A DNA stretch of 64,000 nucleotides. It comes from Balanoglossus misakiensis (taxonomy: Eukaryota; Animalia; Hemichordata). This document shows positions 50,401-63,960 of the stretch, piece after piece. Within the stretch, counting starts at the first letter, position 1, and every line of letters begins with the position of its first letter. The notes below the pieces were generated by a model. That model was given only the letters and a program-made list of their open reading frames with translations, had not been told where the DNA came from and made no database searches. The stretch spans positions 1 through 64,000 of the forward strand of contig CM082589.2 in the NCBI GenBank assembly GCA_040954595.2, in the 5' to 3' direction. A program made the translations under genes and the position numbers.

Positions 50401-53400
50401 TCTTAATATGTTGTACTTACATTACTGTTTTTAGCAGCAGCCAACCTTGCCGCATATCGCGCTATTAATCGGTGTTCATCATCTAATCTGGTTGTATCAA
50501 GAGTACTATTTAACCTAAAACATATCATGTAAAACACATGGCATTTGGTGAATTACAGGAAACGCAGATGACGATCAAAATTTCAGCAATCAAGTCCTGA
50601 ACTTCAAAAATATGAAAAAAGTTGACAGGGTTAGGATTGAGGTATAAGTCCACTTTTGCTTCCATTGCAAGTGACACACAGTGCTGGACAGGAAGATAAA
50701 CTTTACTTCAAGACATGAAGAAGGATTTGCCTGGTTGATGTTTTGAGTGAGCAAGTGTGTACACACACAAAAATATAACACAACACATTTTCAACACAAA
50801 TCATTCAGTGAAAGCATAAGAAATGCACCTTCACAATATATTCAACCATTTTCAATGTATCTCAATCAAATCAAATGACGTAATATAACAAGATGTCCTT
50901 CCAATGACCAACCATATGCTCATAGCTGCATCATTATATGCCACAAGGCTTCTATCAATCCAATATTTTCTGTTCATTATCACTTACCTTCTAGACTCAC
51001 TACCTATTGAGAGATCTTTCTTACTGGTATCAGACATATCAACACTTAAATTTGTTATTGGTGGGGCAGGCCTGGGGAAAATAACATGACATGAAGATGC
51101 AGTTAGAGTCAATATGTTAAGGTACATATACAGTGTTGGGTTTTAGTATATGCACCATGGGAATGTCATGATGCATTTTGGAAGCAATTAGCATGTTTTA
51201 AAGGGTGATGATTGTCTTATGGGCATGTGCCAAACAGGAGACCCTGGTTACAAAAATTGTATACAGGGTTACTATCTGTGACTTCTGAGAAATGTTCAGT
51301 AATTTTCTGTGTATTTAGAAAGCATATAAATGGAACCACACAAGTTATATGTACTTCAAATAAGTTATGGTCATTTTGTATTCACTGGATATTTGGTCAT
51401 CTTTTTATTATGGTGTTTTTTTCTGTTATTTGGTGTCAGTAACCCAAATTTATAGAAAGAATGAAAGTTTGAAAATATTAAAACATACAAAGTGCAATAC
51501 CTTGCTACAAGAGTGTTACCCTAGACAAAGTCAAATATTCCTCATTTTCCAGAAAACTGTACATAATGAGTGTGGTAAACATTCACACCATTGTACATCT
51601 GTCAATTGTTGGGTCTAAAATAAAATTGAAAAAGCAATACTTACACTATATGTGATAAATCCAATGGCTGTTCTGGTTCACTGGGGAATTTGGGATGCTG
51701 TTGGTTATCTTTAGACTTGAATGGCTTTTTCAGAGCTTTGCCAATCTTTTTAGCTGGAGATTTCTGAAATTCATAAATGAAACATGATAAGAGAAATGTC
51801 CACCTTTCAGCAAATGATACCCAGTCATGTCATATACTGGAAAAGGAACTTCTACAAGTACACATTGTAAGAAAAAATAGAAAGGTTGAATTTTTAGGAA
51901 CGCATTATAATATAATTGCAACTGTTGAAGCAAAGCTCATTTGGTATGAAATTTAATTGTAACTTACATATGTTGAATATTCTTTCATTTCATGATCACT
52001 ACTGTGACATCCTGATACGTTACCACGCCAAAAACAGTTCTGGCATAGCTGATAACTATAACAACACTGGCATTTGTAACGAAAACCCATCATGTGATCA
52101 CTTCGGCAGTATGCACATTCAACTGGGTGAAACACTATGGGAGATAACAAAGATAACAAGATTACAATAAGAAATGAGACAAATAAAACAAAAATGAAAA
52201 CTTCCTTTGGATTCAGTTTACATTAATTTTACTATTAATACTTATTTCATCCTTATAATAGGCTTTGCCCTCTTGTGGCAAAATAAAACATCAGTATTTA
52301 CTAATTTCCACTTATTCCTCAAATGCATGAAGGGAAAACGGATATCTCCTGATGAAACATTTTACACCTATGTAAGCCTCTTCATTATGATGAAACATTG
52401 TTATACTTTGACCAAACTCTCATTTGTTCCAACAACAATAAAGTGCTGGGAAGTCATACAGGCAAGATCACTATTATTAACACTACATCTTTAATCGCCC
52501 TACCATGTGATAGTCCCACAGAGACTTAGTGACCAGATACAAGAAGAAAACTGACAGCTATAAAGATGGGATGGAAACAGCATGTACTACAGTCTGAGCT
52601 ATATAAACTGGACCGAACATTAACCATAGCTCTACTCTTACAACTCAGCCACCCTATTCTGAAAATCACACCTACCATTTTCAACATTTGCCATTCTGTG
52701 CATTAAAGGCAGCCACATCATACACTGAGGTCCAGGATCTGACATCATTGTATCTAGAAACTCATTCAGCGTAATTCTTTGATTGGTCTGGCACAAAACA
52801 AGACAAAAAAGTTAGATTAGATTAAATTATACAATGTATCTATGCTATGAACTATGAAGTCATACTCTACAAACAATATCTGACAAATTCAGTTTTTTGA
52901 CAAATAATATTTGCTCCCAAACTACAACATTTGTTTTTGAAGTGGATGTACAAACATATACATCTAAAAGCACACCAGCAGTGCACAAATAAACACATGT
53001 GCGTGCATGTGCACACAAACACACACACACAGAGGTCCCATAAGGTCTTGTACTAAACGGGGTCTAAAAACAAACTTACTGTTTCATATCCAAAACATGA
53101 CCTTGCTGCTGTTTCATTATAACCAAATGATGGGCCTTCAAATACAGCTCTGGGCAATGCTAATACTTCTTTCAAATACGAATCAAACTTTGTCCATATC
53201 ATCACTCCATTAGAATCAGAAATTTGAGAAAAAATATCTGCCAAATGAAGAGTGCAAAAAATATGACTGTTGTTAGGAATGCAACAAAGACAACAAAACA
53301 CAGCCAGTATGTATGAAAGTAATCCTAACTACAACTTCACCATTGCTACAAATATAGTTTGTGCTGATCTTTGCGATGTTAAGCTCACTTTGGCTGTCCT

Positions 53401-54809
53401 TGTATTCTGCTAATGAGGCAATGCTACCACTACATGTAGCTTCATGTATACTTATGTCAATGATGCCACAATACAACCATATACAATCTTATGTGAAAAC
53501 CATGCTCGTAAGTTTTGCATTTTATAATTACATCCAGCTGATTACATCAATTTTAAAATCTTAGTTAACTTACATCTGAGTTTGTCCATGAGTTTTCCTG
53601 AGCAGAGGGTTGCCAAGGCAACCTTAACTGACATCACTTTCATTTCATCCTCACTGCAATCAAGAAAAGACAACAATTTGGTCTTATTCAATGTTATTAC
53701 ATTGTGCCTCATCTTGGACAAACTACTCAATGGAGGAGTGGCTAATCTCTCATTGTGCATGTTACCTAACAGATAGATAGACAAGATATAAATATATTAT
53801 TGGGTTCACACATATGCACTTGAAACAGCTTTTAGAAATTATGTTAGAGGGTACACTGATCGAGAGCATTCTGTAGATGAACCATGTACTTACATGTCAT
53901 ATGCCAAGGCCAAGAAATTCAACAGCAGATTAATGGACTGATCAACGTTGATTTGATGTGTCGTTGGCAGTCGCTTGTTCAGTTGATAGAAAATACTGGC
54001 CACTATTGCCTCAACTTTGGCTGCAGGTAGATCTGTAGAGTGATCCATTGTGTTCAACCCATTCTCTCTGTATGCTTCAATGATGTTCCAAATGTCCACC
54101 AAATGTACTGTAAGGAATCATTATTCAAACATCAAAAGAATCCACTTCAACAGTATCAGGAAAACTGTAAAATACTCAACATTTTACCAACTTGTATTAA
54201 AATGTGAACTTTGGCAGAATAGCCACAACAACCACAGTGCCACCTTAAACATGATATAAATAAATGGAATTTATAATAGCAAATAGACACAATATAACAG
54301 CTAATGTATACTTACAATTACATTTCTTTTGTATAAAACGTAGCTTACAACTTGTTCTATATGTACCAAATCTAATAACATCAAAATTTTGATTTCCTGA
54401 AATAATGAACAAAATGAAGAAGAATGATTAGTGCTTGAAGGAGGGGACATGGCTGTAACTTGGCTTGACTTCATTTGGACAAAACAGAATCGCGCTACTA
54501 ATTGAGAAAGCCAAGGCCAAATGTTGTCTTAATGATCCAGCAATCAATTTCAAATGAATGTAATATCCTTTCCACCCAAATAATGCAGCGAATTGAAAGT
54601 CATTATTAGCTGTGTAACAATCCTTCACTACATCATGGAGTGTTCAATGTTTGGAGAAACGGTACGTAACATGTGATAGAAATACTCCCTAAAGATTTAC
54701 TGAGTTTGAATGCAATAAACTTACTCATCTCAGTAATGAGTTGTCGTCTTTCATCAGTGAGTCTCTGAGGTGAGCTTTGAACTGGCCTGGACTGTCCATT
54801 TTCATCCAT
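40483..54809 (-). CDS. DTNB: Dystrobrevin (invertebrate co-orthologue of DTNA/DTNB), 17 coding exons, ~745 aa
   Basis: complement(join 54725-54809, 54316-54396, 53894-54107, 53574-53653, 53080-53237, 52676-52787, 51968-52134, 51645-51763, 50988-51071, 50421-50514, 47916-48001, 47148-47352, 46278-46539, 45681-45749, 45415-45553, 43957-44098, 40483-40623). All introns are GT-AG and phases are consistent. Peptides match vertebrate dystrobrevins: [121 protein letters not shown]. Confidence 0.95.
42968..43273. mobile_element. piggyBac-like MITE in dystrobrevin last intron
   Basis: TTAA on both sides. Imperfect 13-bp TIRs CCCTAACGCTGCC / GGTAGCAATAGGG (10/13). Internal repeated CTGCCAAGT. Confidence 0.65.
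43957..44098 (-). CDS. DTNB: Dystrobrevin coding exon 16 (acidic Tyr repeats; acceptor ambiguous, 44098 or 44176)
   Basis: [47 protein letters not shown]; donor CAG|gtgagg. Confidence 0.8.
44383..44468. repeat. (ATAC)n microsatellite
   Basis: About 21 perfect ATAC units. Confidence 0.97.
45415..45553 (-). CDS. DTNB: Dystrobrevin coding exon 15
   Basis: [45 protein letters not shown]; gtacag| and AG|gtatga. Confidence 0.8.
45681..45749 (-). CDS. DTNB: Dystrobrevin coding exon 14
   Basis: [23 protein letters not shown]; tttcag| and |gttagt, phase 1-1. Confidence 0.8.
46278..46539 (-). CDS. DTNB: Dystrobrevin coding exon 13
   Basis: [17 protein letters not shown]...[14 protein letters not shown]...[27 protein letters not shown]. 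Confidence 0.93.
47148..47352 (-). CDS. DTNB: Dystrobrevin coding exon 12 (dystrophin-binding coiled coils)
   Basis: [16 protein letters not shown]...[44 protein letters not shown]. Confidence 0.96.
47916..48001 (-). CDS. DTNB: Dystrobrevin coding exon 11 (coiled coil H1 start)
   Basis: [29 protein letters not shown]. Confidence 0.92.
49665..49682 (-). CDS. DTNB: Candidate 18-nt dystrobrevin microexon (VPSPLT)
   Basis: ttttgatctgcag|GTTCCCTCACCCTTGACT|gtaagt; phase 0-0 inside a phase-0 intron. Confidence 0.55.
50421..50514 (-). CDS. DTNB: Dystrobrevin coding exon 10 (syntrophin-binding site)
   Basis: [32 protein letters not shown]. Confidence 0.93.
50988..51071 (-). CDS. DTNB: Dystrobrevin coding exon 9
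   Basis: [27 protein letters not shown]; phase 2-2, ccccag| and AG|gtaagt. Low sequence conservation. Confidence 0.75.
51645..51763 (-). CDS. DTNB: Dystrobrevin coding exon 8
   Basis: [40 protein letters not shown], comparable to vertebrate KSPAKK...HPMFPDQPEKPLNLAHIV. Confidence 0.92.
51968..52134 (-). CDS. DTNB: Dystrobrevin coding exon 7 (ZZ zinc finger)
   Basis: [56 protein letters not shown]. Confidence 0.96.
52676..52787 (-). CDS. DTNB: Dystrobrevin coding exon 6
   Basis: [38 protein letters not shown]. Confidence 0.93.
53080..53237 (-). CDS. DTNB: Dystrobrevin coding exon 5
   Basis: [12 protein letters not shown]...[29 protein letters not shown]. Confidence 0.93.
53574..53653 (-). 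CDS. DTNB: Dystrobrevin coding exon 4
   Basis: [27 protein letters not shown]; ttgcag| and |gtaagt. Confidence 0.9.
53894..54107 (-). CDS. DTNB: Dystrobrevin coding exon 3 (EF-hand region)
   Basis: [18 protein letters not shown]...[33 protein letters not shown]; canonical splice sites. Confidence 0.95.
54316..54396 (-). CDS. DTNB: Dystrobrevin coding exon 2
   Basis: [28 protein letters not shown]; tttcag| and |gtaagt. Confidence 0.93.
54725..54809 (-). CDS. DTNB: Dystrobrevin coding exon 1 (ATG at 54809; exon begins 54823)
   Basis: ttgtag|gtcatctgacggcaATG; [28 protein letters not shown]; donor A|gtaagt. Confidence 0.85.
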
Positions 54810-56946
54810 TGCCGTCAGATGACCTACAAGAAAGAGACATTAGATTTCCATTTAATATATGTTTGGAAAACAAAGTTCACCAATAATGCGATGATAGAAA
54901 GGGAAATGTATCAAACATACTGTCCTCCCGTATGACCAAAATTGTTACATGCAAGTGGCATTACTACATATTTGCAGAGTATTATAAGTGACACTAAAGA
55001 CGGCAATGAATAGCGAACATGTCAAGGCTCAAAATTACTAGTAGTCACATGCCAACTGACAACCAATTGCTCCTTCTCAGCTGTCCTATTGAACAAGCAG
55101 AAAATTGCACTGACATACATACATGTGTCAATGCTGTATAACTGACAGACATCCAATATTCCTACCGTATTCAAATGTAACAAATCATGATCTGTACCCT
55201 GGCAAATTTATCAGAATTGTACCTATAGCTTTATTTAGAAATTTTAATACTAATAGTCATGAGAGGTTATAAGCCATCTCAGAAATTAAATTAATTCCAT
55301 TGTACAATTACATGTAAACAACACAGTCAAACCAACAATAAACCAGAGCAGTTTGGAGTCAGTGAAATGACTACATAAATCCAATACAGTTTTACCTCTC
55401 TTGAACAGCATTCTGCGTGTTGTAACAGTGACAGTTTGAGTGTAATGTTGATTCATAATGAGTACAGGTCAGTTCTGATGGTGATACATATTACAGCAAC
55501 ATGTCTTAGCTGTTAGTTTGCACTATGTACATGTATGTTTAAACTGCATCTTGGAAATATAATCATAGGGTGTACTGCAACGCAATAATTTACATAGACC
55601 ATAATTTACGTCACTTGATAGTGAAATAAGTAAAATCAATATGGATCAATACTAACATCTGGGTATATTTTTCAGTAATTTTGCTGACCGAAAACTCACT
55701 CAGCCTTTTAATAACATTGATATATATATGTACATCTCATGAATTTGTTGCTGAAAACATAACATTCATTTTGGGCATTTTAGTTGATTATAACCCTAAA
55801 TATTAATATTCTGTAGGGACATTTTACTTCTCCATTCCCAGTGGGATAGAGTTGAATATCAGAAGTAATAAAATGTGTTTGCTCATCGTTAATTTTCATA
55901 ATGGTGATTATCAACATTTATGCATAGGGGAGCACTTTCCCGTGTTTGATCTCTGTGCCCCTTAAATAATGGTACCGTCTAATTGATTTTCCTATACATT
56001 GTGTCACAACATACCATGTAATGGCTCATAGGGTATTTCAGTAATATCAAAATATCAAGGCAATACATTGTATTTCTTGTTTGTTGATTGCATGGCTGTC
56101 TTTATATATTGTTAGACTGGAAGCAGAAACAAAGCCTGCATTACATATGAGAAAGCTTTTCAGCAAATGATTTCAATATTGAACCCACACATACATGTAC
56201 ATGTACATTACAAATAGCACACACAGGGTCAAACTGCTATCTTAGAATCTGTATCAGGCATACCCTCATTCAAAATGACAGTACACAGACTCAGCACACT
56301 GTCCTTGTGCTATTAAAGTTTTATGAATCAATCCAGACACATTTTGACAACAGATGAATTGAAGGATGCAGCTCAAACTACAAGTCACCATGACTCAATT
56401 ATGAATAGGGGGACTAACAGGATATTAACTAATGTGTTGCAGCCATAATTCAAATCCTCTAGGATACACCATCAGCCTTGTACAATATTTCGTTCACTGC
56501 ATATTTCAAAAAGGAAAACACCGATCACAAGAACCTTAACCAGTCTGTAATCTTTTAACAGAATTTCAGTTTTGCTTAATTCATTAGTTGATCAACTTGA
56601 TGAATAACTGATATAAATAAGTTTTGGTTATGACAATCCCTCCCTAATTCATCACCATTAGAGTAATACCTGCCATGTAAATGAGATAAAATTTGACATA
56701 AAAGAAACCTTATATGCACAATTTACATTTTCAAGATCTCTATCAGAGTTGGGCTTCTGACCCAACTTCACCTTTCTAAATTAAAGTATTTCTCACAGGA
56801 AGTAATTACTTGGTCAATGCCACCAGTGAACCAGAGCAGAATACAAATAAGCCTTATTTGGCCTCAAATTCCACACTGTGTACATTTCGAAACTGATGCT
56901 CCCATTTCTTTAGAATTGGTACATTCAAGCAGGCATTACACTTTAT

Positions 56947-57139
56947 CACAACACAACACAACACAACACAACACAACACAACACAACACAACACAACACA
57001 ACACAACACAACACAACACAACACAACACAACACAACACAACACAACACAACACAACACAACACAACACAACACAACACAACACAACACAACACAACACA
57101 ACACAACACAACACAACACAACACAACACAACACAACAC
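56947..57139. repeat. (CACAA)n pentanucleotide microsatellite
   Basis: About 38 perfect units; explains the VLCCV and TTQHN ORFs. Confidence 0.98.
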
Positions 57140-60100
57140 CACTATGTCAGGGCCCCTTAACCAAATTACATATGCACATAATGAAGACCTGTGGAGATGG
57201 ATAACACCTAGCAAGATACTGTGCAATAAGGAAAGCCAGTAAAAGTCTAGACTTTCAGGGTAGCTATGTACTATATAGTATAACAATTAACATACAGACA
57301 TGATGGGTGACTTCACTACACAGTACATGGTACATGTATTTCAACAGACTACCCTACCAGATACAGAATTAGTCATCTTAATTCATGCAAACCATGTAAC
57401 CACCCAAATCTCATCAGTTATACATGCAAAATGTATCATTTGGTCTTCAAGTTTTTAAATACTTGTGGAACAAATAAGTCTACAAAAACGGACAGACACA
57501 GAAACAGGGACCACATACATTTGTATGTGCCTTTGAAACTTGCTGTCCAATTACAGCAAATAACAGGCTAGTTCAAATTTCTGTCAGAGAAACCTTAACC
57601 ACATTCTTCCTGAGATCAAGACAGATGCTGTACTGAGAAATATGAAAGCATACTCACATGGTATACACACCATTAGGCTGTGCAGAAACATTGGTGCAAT
57701 GGGCTTAAATATCTCCTTTTCTGGTGATAATTTTTATAAAATTCTGCGTGTAAAAATGTGGTACATCAATAGCTTGACACTGTTTCTTCCTGCCTGCTGA
57801 CATCTCATCTTCTATGAATATGTGCATGTCGTGAATAAATATGAGCAATGACTAAGCTCACTGAATACAAATTGATACCCATAGCCTTTTCGTCTCGATT
57901 TTCTTCATCAGGGGAATTTGCAGGAAATAAATGGCAGGGTTTTTCAACATCAACAGAAAACATTGAAGATTCACCCTCTTTCAGAACTGCTAAATTATAG
58001 TAAATACTATATACATTTAGCACGCAATGTAACATTCATCCTAAATATTTCAGTGTTTATTTGAATATACCAATCAGTGGATTTTACAAAAACACCATGT
58101 TTGCAAATTAAGCTCAACATAAGCAGTGCACACACAAATTTTCAAATATAAAGGTCTAATGGCTGGCAATTTAGTTTGTATTCTGTTCTGTGTTATTATA
58201 GTATTATGAAATATGCAGTTTTTAGCTCATTACACTGCCAAAATGTGCACAGTCAACATTTTTCCTCATAGATGGAAAACTGCATTGAAGCATAGATTAC
58301 TGTCTATCATTAAAGTTAACAATCTCTGTGATCATTTTTGTCCAGTAGGATAATAAGTACCAGGTATTAATAGTACAGAATAGCTGGGGTAAGGGATGGA
58401 TCATTAGAAATTGGAAGGGGGTGGTCAAAAATGGGAAAAGACTGTAATTTGAACATCATACAAAATAATAATTAATAAAAGTATGCACAAGGTATGTTCA
58501 ATGTAGCATGCACATAAAAAAATATTTTAAATCTTCAATTGTCATCAAAATATGGAATCTTGCCTTACATTTTTTCTTGTTGTGCCCTTTGAGAGCAAAT
58601 TTGTTAAAGAGACTGTCTTATGGAAGTTCATGGAAGAAGTGAAGAAGACTTTGTTAAGAAATATGAACAAGCAAGTGAATGTAGCAGCTGCATACAAAGC
58701 ACATCCTCATTGGTTGATGCAAATAATAATAATTTTCCTATTTTCATTCAATTTACCATGAATACCAACTCTGTATACCATGTGGTCCAATTTGACAGTA
58801 CATCACAAGCTGTCTTTATATCCTTATTTTACAGCAGCCTAAGCAAATGTTCAATTAATCATCATCTGAATGTTTAAATCAACAAATCGCCAGCTGCAGA
58901 AGCTACTAAATTTTATGGTTGGACAAGTGAATTTTTATGGCTTATGAACCAGAGGGCATTATCATCGTTATCATCGGTGATTTATCACAGATTCTGTTAC
59001 TTTACACTAAACAACATAATGAGGTGAACAGTTGGACATTTCTACCATAGAAAATAAATTTGGAATGGATATCTTCACCACTGATCCAGAAACAAAATTC
59101 ATGTTACCTGTTACTTTACATTCCACTATGACAGATCAAAGATATGTTCTTCATCTGCCCAGCAGATAACCACAAGTTGTACATGTAATGGGTACATGTG
59201 TAACTTTACCCACAGTCATGATTATGTTTATGTTGGTATACTGAAAATGGGGTCAACAGAGCCATATGATCTTTTAAACTAGTGGAACTGCATCATTAAT
59301 AACATCCACAATTTCGATGGGGGTGGCCTTTTTTTTACTGTCACGTGATTTCTACACATGCTTTAGCTAACAGAAATGAGGAAAATTACATTCATTGTTA
59401 ATGTTATGCATTGTGTGGGATTTTTGCTTGATCATAAGAAGAACAAATCAAACATATTGGATAAAAAAATCTTATCCAATTTCCCTCATTTGCAGCCAGC
59501 CTTGACTTGCTTTACAATTTACAGTCAAAGACAAGACTGATCAACAACTTCATTACAGTGTTTGTCAATCTAATGATCAATTCAATGACAAAAAGAAATA
59601 TCAAGAAAATATCAAATGAATACTTAGACACTCTACAATACTGAAATTAACACTGCCACTGGAATTTCAGTCAAGCAGCTGTCCATTTATACACCTGCAA
59701 TCTTTCCTGTAGAAAATGCTTCAGAAGTGGGTGTGAAACAATATAGATCAGCTTCTTTAACATTCAAGTGTATAAAGAGTGACGAAATGAACACAATTGA
59801 AGAAATGAACACCACTATCTACATGTACTTATACACAGAAGTACATGTAAACCCAAATCTGTTCTCAACCATTCCCCCACCCTAACACTAACCCTAACCA
59901 CATCACATGAACATGTATTCCCCACATCTATCACCTACCTCTTTGATACAGCTCCTGGTTGATGTTTTTAATGAGTGACTGAACATTAGCTTGATTATAT
60001 GCGATACACTGAGACATACTGATGAACAGAATAGCACAACCACATCTGATAATATTTCAGGAGGAAGACAAACGATATTTGACGTCAAATTTGCCAAATA

Positions 60101-62538
60101 TGAGGAAATGAATTGGAACCTTGTCTTGACCTAGTTAATGTTAACAGTAAGTGTCGAACAACTACCATGCCTGAATGTCGTCATCATATTTCACCAACAG
60201 AATCCTTAATCCATCACCATGGTAACATGTCATACGAAGCACTCCTATACGTAGTTTAAAAATATAGAGTAGCCAAGGCAAATACATGTACAATCCCACC
60301 GATAGACTTTGGTGAATTCACCTTCCAAAATTCCTACATAATATATGTTGATATTGAATGATAGTAAGGAGAAGACTGGCAAGCCTACTGCTCTTTCTTT
60401 ATCATGAATATAGCCCTTCTGATTGGTCAAACTCACAAATTGTTAATGAGGGTTTTCCATTCCCTATAGGGAGGAAACACCACCCTGCCACTGCAAATAG
60501 CGATTTTTTTTGTCTAGTTCCACGTACAATGACTTGAATCATTTAATCTGTTTGTATTAGTTGTGTATGAAAACCATGAATATGCCACCAATTTTCAACA
60601 CTGTAATGACACAGTGAAAACCTTATGTGATAATCCCTGGCAACATGAATCGTTCTGTCCGAATAAATCATGAATGCTGTGAAACTGTGTTGACTGTTGA
60701 GTAGAATTCATTGCATATTTCTAGAAGGCATAAAGAGGCCACTCCAAGTGAATGTCCAACCAAGCAGTAAAGACAGTGATACCCTGGGTATCTCCATTTG
60801 GGTTAACAGTCCACATTCCATTCTCAACATGTGACACAAATGATATGATGGTAATACTTCAACAGCTGAGGCGAGGATCATTGCACTCACACACTGACAC
60901 AGTCAGAGTGATTCCCTACATCATTCTCATCAAAATTAAACAGTTTTATTTCACTTTTTAAATAAAATAGGTGATGATTATGCAAGTAATGTATTAATGC
61001 AATGACTAACATTGACACTGATTTAGAATCAATTTCAAGTGTCAAAACTAGTACAATTTATGCAACAATGTACATCTCCAATGCTACAGGATTTGTGCAA
61101 TTTCCATTTGGAAAACCATTATGTTTCACTGGTCAGTTTAGAAAATCATGTCCAATGCCAAAAAGTCAGCTTATGGCATAAAATTTAAGAGACCTAGCAA
61201 ATCTTTGTCAAAAATTGGTTTTGGCTTATATAAGGAATTTATAGTTATACTGAACTTACACAGTACATGGTACACAAATCCATCTTTGTGGATCTTTGAC
61301 AAAACACATTGTAATTTGTCAAAAAGTAATCAGTTACTTAGTGCAAACCACTCTGATTACATGTATTGTCAATTTTGACTGATTGTCATCAAGAAATCAA
61401 TGCTTCTTTCAAAAATCACTCTGTGCGCACATTATCTTTAGTGTGGTCCAAAAATAACCTTAGAAAGTTCATGCCCCTAAGGAATACCCTTACTAGTGTT
61501 TGAGTCATATAGGAGATACTGGTTTTCTGGCATGGTGCACTTCAAAGCTTTGCAAGTAGTCTAGTGCTTTGTGTTTTGGTGTTTCTTCTCAGAATGTCAG
61601 ACTCAGAGATTGAAATTCCAGGGCTACTGAGGCACAGTGATGATACATACCCTGGGGTACTACTAGTTGGTGTCTTGTGCTACTTGATGAAGCAAACAGT
61701 ATTCCCACAATACCCTTTATATAGCGGAATCTCACATTTAACATGACAATTCTCTTACTTTCACAAAACAAACTCACACAAAGATTGGTCTAATTGAACA
61801 TATTACGTAATTTTTCTACTCCGGTAATGTGTACAGTACATCACAAACTGACATGAAGTACGTGTAGCATACAAAATGTCACATCACTCAAACTAGTGAA
61901 TCAAATAATCATCATTGAAGCCTTGCTGTTTGCTCAGTAATGAATACGTTGCATCTGTCTGTGTATCATGCAGAGAGGATACATGCACATATACATATCA
62001 ATTACAGCAGAAGCCAGGTGTAGCCTATACAGTAAAACCATTTATGCCTGGCCAACATTCTGCCAGCAAACTTTTCATCTAATGCCACATTTTCTTAGCA
62101 TTTTTTACACTATGATTCTGTGCCAGTATTAACTAAATATGCACATATTATACTGTCATTTTATGCTACCATTTCAAAAGTCCTCAGCCTGGCACAAAGA
62201 CAATTTTAGATCATCTTGTGATTTATAAGTCACACGAAGGCCATATTTGATCATAGTGTGAGCGACACAAATTGGTGTGCATATGTGCAGTAACTGTATA
62301 AATTCCTTGTTTAAAATTTGAAAGGAATGGCTTTAGACATGAAAAAAGTCATACATCATGATAATTATATCATCGTCCTTGTACATGTTCATGTAACAAA
62401 TCTGTATGGAATTAGCCTGAGTATACAAATGCTGATCCTGTTGAAGTCCTACAAAATGTTTTCTTCACATGACTGCTTAACTAGGTTTCTACACCAAGGT
62501 CATTTATGATAAGGGCATAGTTCTGCTACGGTTGGCTG

Positions 62539-62566
62539 TTTGCTTGCTTGCTTGCTTGCTTGCTTG
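62539..62566. repeat. (TTGC)n microsatellite
   Basis: Short perfect TTGC run. Confidence 0.85.
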
Positions 62567-63449
62567 TCAGTAAAACAATCTGTCATTCCCCAGCCATAGC
62601 CATTCCAATTCTGACATTGATGGCAATATTCTCCTTACCATCCAAGGACATGAGTGCATCAGTGTTTCCTCTAAACCCATATGACTCAACAAACTCACTG
62701 GTGACTCAAGAAAATTATCCACAATACTTCTGAAATGTCTCAGGTCAGATACTGGCATAAATTATTACGTGTGAACGGTTTAAGTTGTCCTGGATTTGAG
62801 TCGGCTTTGCTTTCAGATTTGAGTCGGCAAAGCCGGCCCCACTTAATTGTTTTTGTTTTAGTCTCAGTGATACAATGGCTAATTTCTTCATTTCTATAAA
62901 ATAATTAATAACCAACAATACAAAACCTGAACCTGCAGGAGTATTCATTTATCTTTCTTTGGTGCTACACCTAAATATAATTCCAGTGTCAAATGGGCAT
63001 CGCCAACCTTATATACAATTGAACACGGAATCAACTCCACAATTGATTCTTTTGTGTCCGTCTTTGACAATAAACAGGCTTTTTCTTTCACTTATTCCTT
63101 TGTTTCACTTTGTTTTCAATAAATAAAACTGGTATATACACTATGGTGTCTACAAAAATGGGCGTGGGCACTTTTAAGAAGTCATACAACCTTGACAATA
63201 TTACACACTGTCACAAAGCAGATGAAGCCTGAAGTTGAACTTTTTCAAAACAAAAAAACATAAACAATGCAAAAATGGTACGTTTTTTTTTCAATGCTAC
63301 TTAAACGATATTCACTAATTTAGACCAATTGGTTTGTTTTATGTATATTAACGACTTTTGCCTCATTCAGCTAACAGGCAAATCCATCGTGTAGCATGAA
63401 ACCTACGTTATCTACTTGAAATTTATCGTGTCTTGTGGACGAACCCATT

Positions 63450-63960
63450 TCCCACCGCCATTTTGAATACTACAACGAACTACATGTAGTTTGAGCACTG
63501 CAAGTTGTGCAAATTCGAAAAAACACCGACGCTTACCTTGCGTTTCCCAACTTGAATGCGGGTCAGAGACTACAGGCATGCCTCACATAAACGTCAAGTG
63601 CGTGTATTACACAGTCGAGCGGCTGAAAATTCGGATGGCCCGATCGCTGAACGAAATCTCCAGCTAAAATTCCTGGCACCAGTAATCTACTGTAGGTCAC
63701 GTTGTTGTGCGCCACCAACGATAACAAAATGTTTCTTTTTCACTTTTTTTAAATGGTATTGCCTGGGCTCGAACCAACGCACACCCCTTACCCACTGAGT
63801 TCGTGGACAAATCTTCTCGACCATACTCCCGAATTAGAAAAATAGCTGCTCACTTGAACTTGTGTAGAAGCGCTTGTCGGCTGTGAACTTGATCGTATCG
63901 ATGGCGCAGCGATTGGCTGTTCATGTGCTTGCCGAGAGAAGCCGCGTAGCATAGCATCAA
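63450..63960 (-). promoter_or_regulatory. Probable dystrobrevin promoter / non-coding first exon (donor after 63537)
   Basis: Local CpG enrichment in a CpG-poor background. Strong donor CAAG|gtaagc at 63537/63536. CCAAT box CAGCCAATC (63911-63919, minus) and YY1-type AAAATGGCGG (63455-63464, minus). The ATG exon has an upstream acceptor, so a 5'UTR exon is expected. Confidence 0.55.

Noticed and set aside
56817-57286. Cys/Val-rich or TTQHN-repeat ORFs; also HTYI/MYVC ORFs at 33087-33456 and 44296-44699
   Set aside because: These are translations of (CACAA)n and (ATAC)n microsatellites.
54824-63536. Nested protein-coding gene in the ~8.7-kb first intron
   Set aside because: Only short ORFs with no recognisable domains and no consistent exon chain.
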